NCBI RefSeq assembly: GCF_000196555.1
Contig: NC_015067.1
Span: 780,001 to 812,000, forward strand
DNA: 32,000 nucleotides
Direction: 5' to 3'
Source: Bifidobacterium longum subsp. longum JCM 1217
Lineage (GTDB): Bacteria > Actinomycetota > Actinomycetes > Actinomycetales > Bifidobacteriaceae
Shown: positions 16,113 through 27,036 of the stretch, in pieces
Numbering within the stretch: position 1 is the first letter of the stretch
Layout of the letters: each line of letters begins with the position of its first letter
Made by a program: the position numbers and the translations under genes
The notes under the pieces: generated by a model
The model's database searches: none
What the model saw: the letters and a program-made list of their open reading frames with translations, nothing else
Told to the model about the DNA's origin: nothing

Positions 16113-17555
16113 ATGCGTAAAGCCAAGATCGTAGACACCATCGGTCCTTCCACCGAGGATTACGACAACCTCCTGAAGCTCGTTGAAGCTGGTATGGACG
16201 TTGCTCGTCTGAACCGCTCCCACGGCACCCCCGAGGATCACCTCAAGGTCTACAACAACGTGCGCAAGGCCAGCGAAGCCACTGGTCGCAACGTTGCCGC
16301 GCTCGTTGATTTGCAGGGCCCGAAGATTCGCTGCGGTTGGTTCAAGAAGAACGCCGATGGCGAAGACAAGGTTCAGCTGCAGCTCGGCCAGGAATTCGTC
16401 ATCACCACTGATGACGTCGAGGGCGACGAGCACATCACCTCCACCACCTTCAAGGGCCTGCCGGGCGATTGCCACCCGGGCGACCCGATCCTGATCGATG
16501 ACGGCAAGGTCCGTCTTGAGGTCACCAAGGTCGAGGGCAACAACGTGTACACCAAGGTCGTCGTGGCCGGTCCTGTGTCCTCCCACAAGGGCATCAACCT
16601 GCCGGGCGTCGCCGTCTCCCTGCCGGCTCTGACCGAGAAGGATGAGGCCGACCTGCGTTGGGCCATCCGCACCGGTGCCGACATCATCGCCATGTCCTTC
16701 GTGCGTTTCGCCACCGACATCGACCGCGCCCACGAGATCATGGACGAGGAAGGCCGTCGCATCCCGATCATTGCCAAGATCGAGAAGCCGCAGGCTCTGG
16801 AGAACCTCGAAGAGATCGTCAAGACCTTCGACGGCGTCATGGCCGCCCGTGGCGACATGGCCGTTGAGTGCCCGCTGGAAGAGGTCCCGCTGGCCACTAA
16901 GCGCATCATCGAGCTGGCTCGCCAGTACGCCAAGCCGGTCATCGTGGCTACCGAAGTCCTCGGCTCCATGGTGAACTCCCCGGTTCCGACTCGTGCAGAG
17001 GCTTCCGACTGCGCCAACGCCATCCTCGACGGCTCCGACGCCACCATGACCTCCAACGAGACCGCCGTTGGTAAGTACCCGGATGTGACCGTGGCCACCA
17101 TGGCCCGTATCTCCGGCTACGCCACCGACCACGGCTTCGACCGTATCCCGGAGCTCAAGAACCTTGACATGTCCTCCACCGGCGCTGTCTCCTCCGCCGC
17201 TGTGGACCTGGCCGACAAGCTCAACGCCAAGGCCATCGTTGCTTACACCCAGACCGGTGCCACCGTGCACCGCGTCTCCCGTGAGCGTCCGGCCGCCCCG
17301 ATCTACGGCCTGACCAGCAACGAGCACACCTACCACTGGCTGGCTCTGTCCTGGGGCACCGAAGCCTTCCTGCTCAAGGAGGACTACCACGACAAGTCCC
17401 GCAAGGATCTCATGGTCTACACGGACAAGGTCCTCAAGGATGCTGGCAAGGTTGCTGACGGCGACAAGATCGTCATCCTGAGCTCTGCTCAGGGCGATCA
17501 CCAGCCGGGCCGCACTGACTCCATCTACGTGCACACCGTTGGCGCTTGCGACTGA
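16113..17555 (+). CDS. pyk: Pyruvate kinase
   Basis: I chose ATG 16113 (MRKAKIVDTIGPST...), the canonical Pyk N-terminus, over the track start 16026. Motifs include NRSHG, MAARGDMAVE and VATEVL.SM. Confidence 0.93.
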   Translation: MRKAKIVDTIGPSTEDYDNLLKLVEAGMDVARLNRSHGTPEDHLKVYNNVRKASEATGRNVAALVDLQGPKIRCGWFKKNADGEDKVQLQLGQEFVITTDDVEGDEHITSTTFKGLPGDCHPGDPILIDDGKVRLEVTKVEGNNVYTKVVVAGPVSSHKGINLPGVAVSLPALTEKDEADLRWAIRTGADIIAMSFVRFATDIDRAHEIMDEEGRRIPIIAKIEKPQALENLEEIVKTFDGVMAARGDMAVECPLEEVPLATKRIIELARQYAKPVIVATEVLGSMVNSPVPTRAEASDCANAILDGSDATMTSNETAVGKYPDVTVATMARISGYATDHGFDRIPELKNLDMSSTGAVSSAAVDLADKLNAKAIVAYTQTGATVHRVSRERPAAPIYGLTSNEHTYHWLALSWGTEAFLLKEDYHDKSRKDLMVYTDKVLKDAGKVADGDKIVILSSAQGDHQPGRTDSIYVHTVGACD

Positions 17556-17597
17556 TTTCAGGCTTCTGGTAGCTGCTGACAGCTAGCATATAGCACA

Positions 17598-17632
17598 CGA
17601 AAGCCCCCATCCAAAGTGGATGGGGGCTTTCG
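17598..17632. terminator. Bidirectional intrinsic terminator between convergent pyk and the Nudix gene
   Basis: CGAAAGCCCCCATCCA aag TGGATGGGGGCTTTCG forms a perfect 16-bp stem, followed by TTATCTGTTATGTT. Confidence 0.8.
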
Positions 17633-17702
17633 TTATCTGTTATGTTGCGATTGTGTGGTGATTGCAATGGCCCACAGTCACCGCGGTGATCGAGCGTGGC
17701 GA

Positions 17703-18302
17703 TCAGTCGTTGAGATGATCGAGCGTGCCGCTCTTCAGGCGCAAAATGGCGACCATGGTCTTGGCATCCACAATCGTGCCATTGACCACCATCTCATAGG
17801 CATCGTCCACCGACACCATACGCACGTCGGAACGCGGAGTCTCCGGGCCGATTTCCTGACGGGAAGCCGGGGTTAGACCGGTGGCGAAGAAGATTGCGGT
17901 GTGCTGGGTGGAATAGCTCGGCGTGTTCATAAAACGGGTGAACTGCGTAAGCTTGGTGGCGTCGAAACCGGCCTCTTCGGCCAGCTTGCGCTTAGCTACA
18001 TCGGTCGGGCGTTCGGACGGGTTGTTGGCGTGACCGGCCGGAATCTCCAACGTCCAACGATGGTTGGCGATGCGATACTGCTCGACCAGCGGAATCATGC
18101 CATCATCGGTGACGGCCAGCACAGCCACAGTGTCGCCATTGTTCTCCTGAACAAAGTAGCGTTCAAACGAACCGATTTGATTCGACTCATAGGAGACGTG
18201 ATCGACATTGAAATAATGCGTCTCCACAATCTGTCTACGGGAAATCTCCTTGACCGGAGAGGGGCGCCAGGGATCGAACTGACGGTAAGTTTCGTTGCTC
18301 AT
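17703..18302 (-). CDS. NUDIX hydrolase (ADP-ribose pyrophosphatase-like)
   Basis: I chose ATG 18302 (MSNETYRQF...), which follows GGAGGG (reverse complement of 18306-18311), over the track start 18425. The Nudix box is GHANNPSERPTDVAKRKLAEEAGF. Confidence 0.85.
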   Translation of the reverse strand: MSNETYRQFDPWRPSPVKEISRRQIVETHYFNVDHVSYESNQIGSFERYFVQENNGDTVAVLAVTDDGMIPLVEQYRIANHRWTLEIPAGHANNPSERPTDVAKRKLAEEAGFDATKLTQFTRFMNTPSYSTQHTAIFFATGLTPASRQEIGPETPRSDVRMVSVDDAYEMVVNGTIVDAKTMVAILRLKSGTLDHLND

Positions 18303-18507
18303 AAGCCCTCCTAACAAAAGCGATACATCGAAACTACAGCCCATTGTAAGCGGTGAAACCACGCAGGAGAACGGGCAACACACGGGTGCGCCGTCCGCGA
18401 TATCGACGTGTTTCGCCTGTTTCACCGGGGGGGAATGGAGGATTGGCGCGTGTCTTGTGTCGCAAGAGTCGAATTGGTATGCTACTCTCTTCAGAGTGCT
18501 TTGGCAC

Positions 18508-18581
18508 GCCCTCGTATCCCAATTGGTAGAGGAAGCAGCCTCAAAATCTGCGCAGTGTGGGTTCGAGTCCCACCGAGGGCA
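18508..18581 (+). tRNA. 74-nt tRNA gene, anticodon CAA by my manual fold, class I shape (5-nt variable loop); atypical
   Basis: The manual cloverleaf has these parts:
- acceptor GCCCTCG/CGAGGGC, a perfect 7 bp, with discriminator A
- U8, A14, G18 and G19 present
- T arm GTGGG-TTCGAGT-CCCAC, perfect
- anticodon arm GCAGC-CUCAAAA-UCUGC, with a C31/U39 mismatch
- a weak D stem (TCC/GGA plus a C/A mismatch)
No CCA is encoded. Confidence 0.6.
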
Positions 18582-18648
18582 CTTTAGTTAGGAGTTCGCT
18601 GAAATTATTGTGAACCCCATTGTCGGGTAATTCAAGAAAGAGGTTGGC

Positions 18649-19434
18649 ATGGCTGCAAGGAAGAAGTCCGAAGAACCGAGTATCAACATCGATGAGGTGC
18701 TGACCGACGAAGAGCTCAAGGCCGTGGCCAATGAAAGCGAACCTGCTGAGCGCAAGGCCAAGCCCGAGGACGGTCCGCGTACCGTTGTCGTGGCCGAGGA
18801 CGAAGCCGTGAACCGCATGGATCTGGTCGCCATGCTGGAAGACAACGGTTATGAGGTCGTTGGTCAGGCCGCCAACGGCGAGGAAGCCGTGGAACTGACC
18901 CGCAAGTACCGCCCTGATGTGGTGTGCATGGATGTCAAGATGCCGCGTATGGACGGCATCACCGCTGCCGGCATTATCTGCGATGAAAACATCGCCCCCG
19001 TCGTCATGCTCACCGCATTCTCCCAGACCGATCTGGTGAAGAAGGCCACCGGCGCTGGCGCCATGGCATACGTCACCAAGCCGTACGAGGAATCCAAGCT
19101 GCTGCCGACCCTCGAGGTGGCCATGGGCCGTTTCGCCGAGATCAACGATTTGCTGGACAGCGTGGAGCGCAGCGAACGTAAGCTCAAGGAAACCACCGAT
19201 CAGCTCAAGGAAACCGAAGAGAAGCTCAAGAAGGCCGAAGACACGCTTGAGGAGCGCAAGCTCGTCGACCGCGCCAAGGGTCTGCTGATGGACAAGGCGG
19301 ACTTCTCCGAGCAGGGTGCCTTCCGTTGGATTCAGAAGACCTCCATGGACCAGCGCATCCCCAAGAAGCGCCTGGCTCAGGCCATCATCGCCAAGTACGG
19401 CGGTCCGAAGCCTTCTGATTCGGGCGAACGCTGA
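18649..19434 (+). CDS. ANTAR-domain response regulator (PdtaR-like RNA-binding antiterminator regulator)
   Basis: 261-aa ORF. It has a receiver domain (VVVAEDEAV ... DVVCMDVKMPRMDG ... YVTKP), a coiled-coil linker, and an ANTAR motif (LVDRAKGLLMDK...EQGAFRWIQKTSMDQRIPKKRLAQAII). Confidence 0.85.
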   Translation: MAARKKSEEPSINIDEVLTDEELKAVANESEPAERKAKPEDGPRTVVVAEDEAVNRMDLVAMLEDNGYEVVGQAANGEEAVELTRKYRPDVVCMDVKMPRMDGITAAGIICDENIAPVVMLTAFSQTDLVKKATGAGAMAYVTKPYEESKLLPTLEVAMGRFAEINDLLDSVERSERKLKETTDQLKETEEKLKKAEDTLEERKLVDRAKGLLMDKADFSEQGAFRWIQKTSMDQRIPKKRLAQAIIAKYGGPKPSDSGER

Positions 19435-19479
19435 TTATCGGCGTCGCCGTACTGAGTCGTAAAGCAACACAAACACACT

Positions 19480-22347
19480 ATGGGAGAGGCCAGCGTGACC
19501 GTACCCACCAATGAAACATTGCTGGTGGTGGACGGCCACTCGCTGGCCTTCCGTGCATTTTTCGCCCTGCCGGTCGACAACTTCAGCACCTCCAGCGGCC
19601 AGGCCACCAACGCCGTCTGGGGTTTTGCCACCATGCTCGCGCAGGTGATCGATGCGGAGAAGCCCGACCATCTGGGCGTCGCCTTCGATGTGAAGGGCGG
19701 CACATTCCGCAATGAGATGCTTCCGCAATACAAAGGCACCCGTGAGGCGGCTCCCGAAGAGCTGCTCACCCAGCTGCCATTGATTCAACGCATGCTCACG
19801 GCCCTCGGCGTCACCTACATCGAGAAGCCGGGATTCGAAGGCGACGACGTGATCGCCACCCTCGCCACCATGGGAGACAAGGCCGGTTACCACACACTGG
19901 TATTGTCCGGTGACCGAGACGCTTTCCAGCTGGTGGATGACAACGTCACCGTGTTGTACCCGGGCCATCACTTCAAAGACCTGAAGCATATGACGCCGCA
20001 GTCCATCATCGACAAATACAAAGTCACTCCCGCACAATATCCGGATCTGGCGGCACTCCGAGGCGAAACCGCCGACAATATTCCCGGTGTGCCCGGCGTA
20101 GGCGACGGCTTTGCGGCCAAGTGGATCAACCAATTCGGTTCCCTCGACGGCATTTGCGAGCACGCCGATGAAATCGGCGGCAAAAAAGGCGAATCACTGC
20201 GGGCCAATATCGACCAGGTCAAACTCAATCGCAAAGTCAACGCACTGGTACGAGACGTCGATCTAGGCGTCGATATCGAGGATCTGACATTCGGCACCGT
20301 GGACGTGGCACAGATCGACGCCCTGTTCAAGGAGCTTGAATTCGGACCTCGCACCAAGAGTCGTGTACTGAAAACCTTCAATACCGGGGCCAAGGCATCC
20401 AACACATCCGGAGCTGGCGAGTCTACGAATAATGAGCAGAACGAGCAGGATAGCAGCCTCGATCTGAACCTGCCGGAACCCACGAGCATCACTGCTCCGG
20501 AGCAGTTCGACGAATGGGTCAAGGCCCATCGCGTCGAAGTCAAGGTTCCCGGTGAAATCGCCGATTTCACGGTTTCCGACTATGGCGGTGGCTCGCAGCG
20601 GCATGCCATCTGCGGCGACGCGGTCGGCCACGCTTGGACCGTGGCCGCATGGGGCGACGAAAGGCCGGGGCGTGCCACGGCACAAGCCATTGCCGTGGCC
20701 ACGGCAACATCAGCGGCCATAGTGCCCCTTCCAATCACCGATACCCTGCGAGCACAGCTTGCGCGGTTCCTGAAAAGCGAACACTCCCGCACCATCGTGC
20801 ATGGGTATAAAGAATTGCTGCATCTTTTGGGCGCGGTCGATCTTGACATGGACCTGCCGATGTTCGACACCAAGCTTGCCGGGTATCTGGCCCAACCGGA
20901 TTTCCATGCCGATAGCCTCAAGCAGGCGGCCGAGCACTTCCTCGACATCCACTTCACCGAAACCGAACAGCCTTCGCAAGGCACGTTGGACTTCGACGAC
21001 GATCAGGTCGAAGAAGATCCGAACGAACATCGTCTGCGTGATTTGGCCATTATCCGCAGCCTCGCCGTCACGCTCGGGCCGATTATCGACGAGCGTGAAC
21101 AATGCTGGCTGATGCGCGCGATTGAACTTCCTGTTTCCCGCGTGCTGCACGGCATGGAGCACACAGGAGCCAAAGTCGATAGCGTTCGACTCGTCTCCAT
21201 GCGTGACCAGTTTGCCGCCGAGGCTCGCCAAGCGCAGGAAATGGCTTGGGAGTATGCCGGCACCGAAATCAACCTGCAAAGCCCCAAGCAGCTGCAGAAG
21301 GTGCTGTTCGAAGATATGGGTTTGAAACCCACCAAACGCACCAAGTCCGGCTCATACACCACGAATGCGGCCGCATTGCAGGATCTGTATGTCAAATCAG
21401 TGGACAATGAGCGGGCCAACGGTTTCCTCGGAGCGTTGCTGCGCCATCGCGAGATCAACAAGCTCAAGCAGATCGTCCAAACGCTGATCGATGCCACCAA
21501 CACATCAGATGAGCGCATCCACACCACTTTCGAGCAAACCGTTGCCGCCACCGGCCGATTGAGCTCCGTGGATCCGAACCTGCAGAACATCCCCAATCGG
21601 AACGCCGCCGGCCGTGAGATTCGTGGCGTGTTCGTGCCGGGGGAGGGGTACGAGGCCCTGATGAGCTGCGATTACTCACAGGTCGAGCTGCGCATTATGG
21701 CTGATCTGTCCGATGATGAGGCGCTGATCGAAGCGTTCCGCTCCGGAGCCGACTTCCACAAATACGTGGCCTCGATGGTCTACAAGCTGCCGGTCGACCA
21801 GATCACCGGCGACCAGCGCAGCCACGTAAAAGCCATGAGCTACGGATTGGCCTATGGTCTGAGCACGTATGGTCTTGCCCAGCAACTCAAGATCGCGCCA
21901 CGTGAAGCGGAAGCGTTGAAAAACCGGTATTTCGATACCTTCGGCAAGGTGCACGATTACCTTGAATCGCTGGTGGCCAATGCCCGAGAGAAGGGGTATA
22001 CGGAAACCATTTTCGGACGGCGTCGCTACTTCCCGGCCCTGCATTCGACCAATCGTGTTGCGCGTGAGGCCGCCGAACGCGCGGCACTCAACGCACCGAT
22101 TCAGGGATCCGCCGCCGACATCATGAAGATTGCGATGATTCGCGCCGAACAGACCTTGGCCGAGGCTCACGTCAAGAGCCGTATCATTCTGCAGATTCAC
22201 GATGAACTGGTAGTGGAAATCGCGCCGGGAGAAGGCGACCAGGTCACCGAACTGGTGCGCAACGCCATGGAACACGCCGTCGACCTTGCCGTGCCGCTGG
22301 ACGTATCGTGCGGCATCGGTTCCGACTGGCAACTCGCTGCACACTGA
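19480..22347 (+). CDS. polA: DNA polymerase I
   Basis: 955-aa ORF. It has a 5'-nuclease domain (LLVVDGHSLAFRAFFAL) and polymerase motifs A (DYSQVELRIMA), B (RSHVKAMSYGLAYG) and C (QIHDELV). The start may instead be GTG 19495, which follows GGGAGAGG. Confidence 0.95.
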   Translation: MGEASVTVPTNETLLVVDGHSLAFRAFFALPVDNFSTSSGQATNAVWGFATMLAQVIDAEKPDHLGVAFDVKGGTFRNEMLPQYKGTREAAPEELLTQLPLIQRMLTALGVTYIEKPGFEGDDVIATLATMGDKAGYHTLVLSGDRDAFQLVDDNVTVLYPGHHFKDLKHMTPQSIIDKYKVTPAQYPDLAALRGETADNIPGVPGVGDGFAAKWINQFGSLDGICEHADEIGGKKGESLRANIDQVKLNRKVNALVRDVDLGVDIEDLTFGTVDVAQIDALFKELEFGPRTKSRVLKTFNTGAKASNTSGAGESTNNEQNEQDSSLDLNLPEPTSITAPEQFDEWVKAHRVEVKVPGEIADFTVSDYGGGSQRHAICGDAVGHAWTVAAWGDERPGRATAQAIAVATATSAAIVPLPITDTLRAQLARFLKSEHSRTIVHGYKELLHLLGAVDLDMDLPMFDTKLAGYLAQPDFHADSLKQAAEHFLDIHFTETEQPSQGTLDFDDDQVEEDPNEHRLRDLAIIRSLAVTLGPIIDEREQCWLMRAIELPVSRVLHGMEHTGAKVDSVRLVSMRDQFAAEARQAQEMAWEYAGTEINLQSPKQLQKVLFEDMGLKPTKRTKSGSYTTNAAALQDLYVKSVDNERANGFLGALLRHREINKLKQIVQTLIDATNTSDERIHTTFEQTVAATGRLSSVDPNLQNIPNRNAAGREIRGVFVPGEGYEALMSCDYSQVELRIMADLSDDEALIEAFRSGADFHKYVASMVYKLPVDQITGDQRSHVKAMSYGLAYGLSTYGLAQQLKIAPREAEALKNRYFDTFGKVHDYLESLVANAREKGYTETIFGRRRYFPALHSTNRVAREAAERAALNAPIQGSAADIMKIAMIRAEQTLAEAHVKSRIILQIHDELVVEIAPGEGDQVTELVRNAMEHAVDLAVPLDVSCGIGSDWQLAAH

Positions 22348-22355
22348 CAATTTCT

Positions 22356-22378
22356 AGCTCCCCTCGGGTGAGGGGGCT
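22356..22378. repeat. GC-rich CCCCTC/GAGGGG hairpin element (family copy B) just after the polA stop
   Basis: AGCTCCCCTC ggg TGAGGGGGCT is preceded by AATTTCT. The 26367 copy has a related left flank, AATTTA, before AGCTCCCTC. Confidence 0.5.
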
Positions 22379-22507
22379 GAGCCGTTGAGCAAACAGTCCA
22401 GTGGATTGTTTGTAGGCGAAGGCGAGCCGATAGTCGAGCAATGAAGAGCACGAGCATGGCTTGTCCGCAATTGCAGAATGAGTCCCTTGCCGCAATAGCC
22501 CACTACA

Positions 22508-23437
22508 ATGGGACATATGCCGAATCTCAAGCAAGTCATCGACGTTCTCGAGACCCTGTACCCATTGCGCTACGCCGAAGAATGGGATGAGCCGGGCCTC
22601 ATTGTCGGAGATCTGAGCCACGACGTGCACCGCATCGTGTTCGCCGCCGACCCGACCTCCGCCATCATTGACAAGGCCATCGCTACTGGCGCGGACCTGC
22701 TCATCACCCATCACCCGTTGTTCTTCCGTTCCGTACACGAGACGAGCGGACTCGGTTTCCGGGGCGACATCGTCCGCAGACTCTACCAGCACGGCTGCGG
22801 GCTGTGGGTAGGGCACACTAATGCCGACGCTGCGTATCGCGGCGTGGGACAGGCGGCGGCCGACTACTTCGGACTCATCGACCAGAAACCACTCGTGCCG
22901 ATTGACGATGCAAACGCCTCTCATCCGGTCGGCTTGGGGCGTGTGGGTCGTTTGCCGAAGCCTGTTGCCCTGAAGGATTTCGCTCAGCGTGTATTCGACG
23001 AAGTGTCCGATCATGGCATGACCACCGCGCTCGGCATCCAGGTATGCGGCGATTCGGACACTTTTGTTCAGTATGTGGCCATTCTGCCTGGCTCCGGGGA
23101 CTCCCTGTTCAACGAGGTGCGTGCCACCGGTGCGGACGTGTACGTAACCAGCGATTTGCGTCACCACCCGGTGACCGACGCCATCGAACAAGCCCGGTAT
23201 GAAGCCCGTATGAGGTCCCAAGGCATCATGCTCGGCCATGGAATGGCGGGGGAGAGCCATGTGCGTCCCTGCTTCATCAACACCCCTCATGCCGCCATCG
23301 AATCCATGTGGTTCAACTACGCGATCGATGACGTGCCAGCCGCCATCGAACAAGCGACCGGAGCAAGGCCTGAAGTCGAGTGGTTCCACGACACGACCGA
23401 TCCATGGACGCTGTCCATTACCGCGCATCGAGATTAA
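22508..23437 (+). CDS. NIF3-family (YbgI/GTP cyclohydrolase I type 2-like) dinuclear metal-centre protein
   Basis: 309-aa ORF with an N-terminus typical of NIF3 (…LETLYPLRYAEEWDEPGLIVGD…, DLLITHHPLFF, YVTSDLRHH). The start may be ATG 22517. Confidence 0.82.
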   Translation: MGHMPNLKQVIDVLETLYPLRYAEEWDEPGLIVGDLSHDVHRIVFAADPTSAIIDKAIATGADLLITHHPLFFRSVHETSGLGFRGDIVRRLYQHGCGLWVGHTNADAAYRGVGQAAADYFGLIDQKPLVPIDDANASHPVGLGRVGRLPKPVALKDFAQRVFDEVSDHGMTTALGIQVCGDSDTFVQYVAILPGSGDSLFNEVRATGADVYVTSDLRHHPVTDAIEQARYEARMRSQGIMLGHGMAGESHVRPCFINTPHAAIESMWFNYAIDDVPAAIEQATGARPEVEWFHDTTDPWTLSITAHRD

Positions 23438-23482
23438 GACGCTATAGTAACGTGGCAAAAACGTTTTTTCCGAGGAGATGAC

Positions 23483-24157
23483 ATGTTTGGCGGAAGCAAG
23501 CAGGAACAACTGGAGCATCGGCTCGACCATAAGCTGAACGCCTCCTCGGACGGCATCGACATGGACGTGCCCGCCAAAGTGATCAGTAGCGAAACCGTTT
23601 ATACCGGGCGTATCTTCCATGTGGACGACATGCGCATCGCTCTGACCGACAAGCAGGGCAAGGAACACGAGATCGGCCGCCAGGTGCTGCGTCACGCCCC
23701 CTGTGTGGTCATGCTCGTGCACGACATGTCCACCGACCGCTACCTCATCGAACGCGAATACCGCGCCGGATCGGACATGTTCGCCTACGGGCTTCCCGCC
23801 GGACTGATGGACGAGGGCGAGGACATCATGGACGCGGCCCTGAGGGAACTGGCCGAGGAAACCGGCGTGGTGCCGGACCGTGACACCATGGGCGTTGACT
23901 TCGTAGGTGATTTCTACTCGTCCGAAGGCATGACCGACGAACTGGCCCACATCATGGTGTTGCATTTGGGCCCGTTCAGGCGGGAGCAGCGCCATTTCGA
24001 TGCGGACGAGCATGTGGAATCCGCGTGGATTCCGTGGAGCGACCTTGCCGCCACGCGCATCACCTCATCCAATTCGATGATCGCCATCCAGCATGAGGCG
24101 TTACGCAGACTCATCGCCAGGAACTCCGACAAAGATAAGCCGTCGCTGTTCTCCTGA
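23483..24157 (+). CDS. NUDIX hydrolase (second ADP-ribose pyrophosphatase-like paralogue)
   Basis: 224-aa ORF with the Nudix box GLPAGLMDEGEDIMDAALRELAEETG. Confidence 0.85.
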   Translation: MFGGSKQEQLEHRLDHKLNASSDGIDMDVPAKVISSETVYTGRIFHVDDMRIALTDKQGKEHEIGRQVLRHAPCVVMLVHDMSTDRYLIEREYRAGSDMFAYGLPAGLMDEGEDIMDAALRELAEETGVVPDRDTMGVDFVGDFYSSEGMTDELAHIMVLHLGPFRREQRHFDADEHVESAWIPWSDLAATRITSSNSMIAIQHEALRRLIARNSDKDKPSLFS

Positions 24158-24210
24158 CGTTCAACTCCCCGGCACATCACTGACACAAAAAAAGTGGGAT
24201 ACTGAAAACT

Positions 24211-26352
<2,142 letters not shown>

Positions 26353-26366
26353 CCAGACCGAATTTA

Positions 26367-26403
26367 AGCTCCCTCTGACGAGGGAGCTCCCGGTGTAGCC
26401 GGG
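26367..26403. repeat. GC-rich CCCTC/GAGGG double-hairpin element (family copy C) just after the glgX stop
   Basis: AGCTCCCTC tgac GAGGGAGCT (26367-26388) is followed by CCCGG tgtag CCGGG (26389-26403). Confidence 0.5.
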
Positions 26404-26599
26404 TGAGGGAGAGACCGCAGCAAAGCCGCGAACTCCTACTCGCGCCCCTTACGCTCCTCCACGAGCCGAGCATCGACATGATGCCGAGGACTGCATGTCG
26501 GCGCTGTTGCCAAACCTCAAGCGGTGGCGGCGTCAGGATGAGATCGATGCGGTGGCGGAGGGGAAATGACCCAAATGAGCGATGGCATTCGACTATAAA

Positions 26600-26641
26600 A
26601 AGGAATAAAAAAGCCCTACATTCCAGTCGGGAGTAGGGCTT
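26600..26641 (-). terminator. Rho-independent terminator immediately downstream of tRNA-Pro
   Basis: AAGCCCTAC (26611-26619) pairs with GTAGGGCTT (26633-26641). On the minus strand the hairpin is followed by a T-rich run, the reverse complement of AAAAAGGAATAAAAAA. Confidence 0.7.
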
Positions 26642-26642
26642 G

Positions 26643-26719
26643 TGGTCGGGCTAGCCGGATTTGAACCGGCGACATCCTGCTCCCAAAGCAGGCGCGCTAC
26701 CAAACTGCGCTATAGCCCG
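26643..26719 (-). tRNA. tRNA-Pro (anticodon TGG), CCA encoded
   Basis: The reverse complement is CGGGCTATAGCGCAGTTTGGTAGCGCGCCTGCTTTGGGAGCAGGATGTCGCCGGTTCAAATCCGGCTAGCCCGACCA. It gives a canonical cloverleaf with all four stems perfect and the anticodon loop TTTGGGA. Confidence 0.92.
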
Positions 26720-26981
26720 ATACGCCATTAAGGCACAAGAAATCATTATAAACGACGCTGGATACATTGCGTGTCGAGCATATGAATTCAAAAAGGTTCT
26801 GGATTCTCTTGCATATGAGCGGCATCTTTATTCAATGATGCTCTACAACGACTAGGTTTGAATCTGCATCTGCTATTTCAGTTTAATTCAGTAACAGCAT
26901 TCATGGGGATGTTGCGAGTCGTCACGTGTTTTGGCATAACAAGCAGTGCTTTGGCCCGCAAGGGCGAGGCTCCAAGTCGCC

Positions 26982-26991
26982 GGGGGGGGGG
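26982..26991. repeat. G10 homopolymer inside a GCCGGGGG...CCCCCGGC hairpin
   Basis: Counted directly: c26981, then ten G at 26982-26991, then TATT, then CCCCCGGC. Confidence 0.9.
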
Positions 26992-27036
26992 TATTCCCCC
27001 GGCATTCCTTTTCCTCCAACGTTGTCAGGAGCCCAT

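Noticed and set aside
18352-18426. Imperfect long-range pairing GGTGAAAC ... GTTTCACC upstream of the first Nudix gene
   Set aside because: Only the 8-bp ends pair well. The interior needs several bulges, and there is no recognisable riboswitch core. The evidence is too weak for a feature call.
22244-24013. 589-aa minus-strand ORF running across the polA end, the NIF3 gene, the Nudix gene and two intergenic spacers
   Set aside because: It is striking because it crosses intergenic DNA. However, its sequence has no recognisable domain, it has no RBS or start context, and the plus-strand genes it overlaps are clearly genuine. I take it as a chance open frame in GC-rich DNA.
26353-26642. Small ORFs between glgX and tRNA-Pro (for example 26403..26636, 77 aa) and in the islet (26661..26855, 26858..27040, 27104..27334)
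   Set aside because: None has an RBS, a recognisable motif or a convincing composition. One overlaps the tRNA antisense, one contains the G10 tract, and one is antisense to the DUF3800-like remnant. The coding evidence is insufficient.
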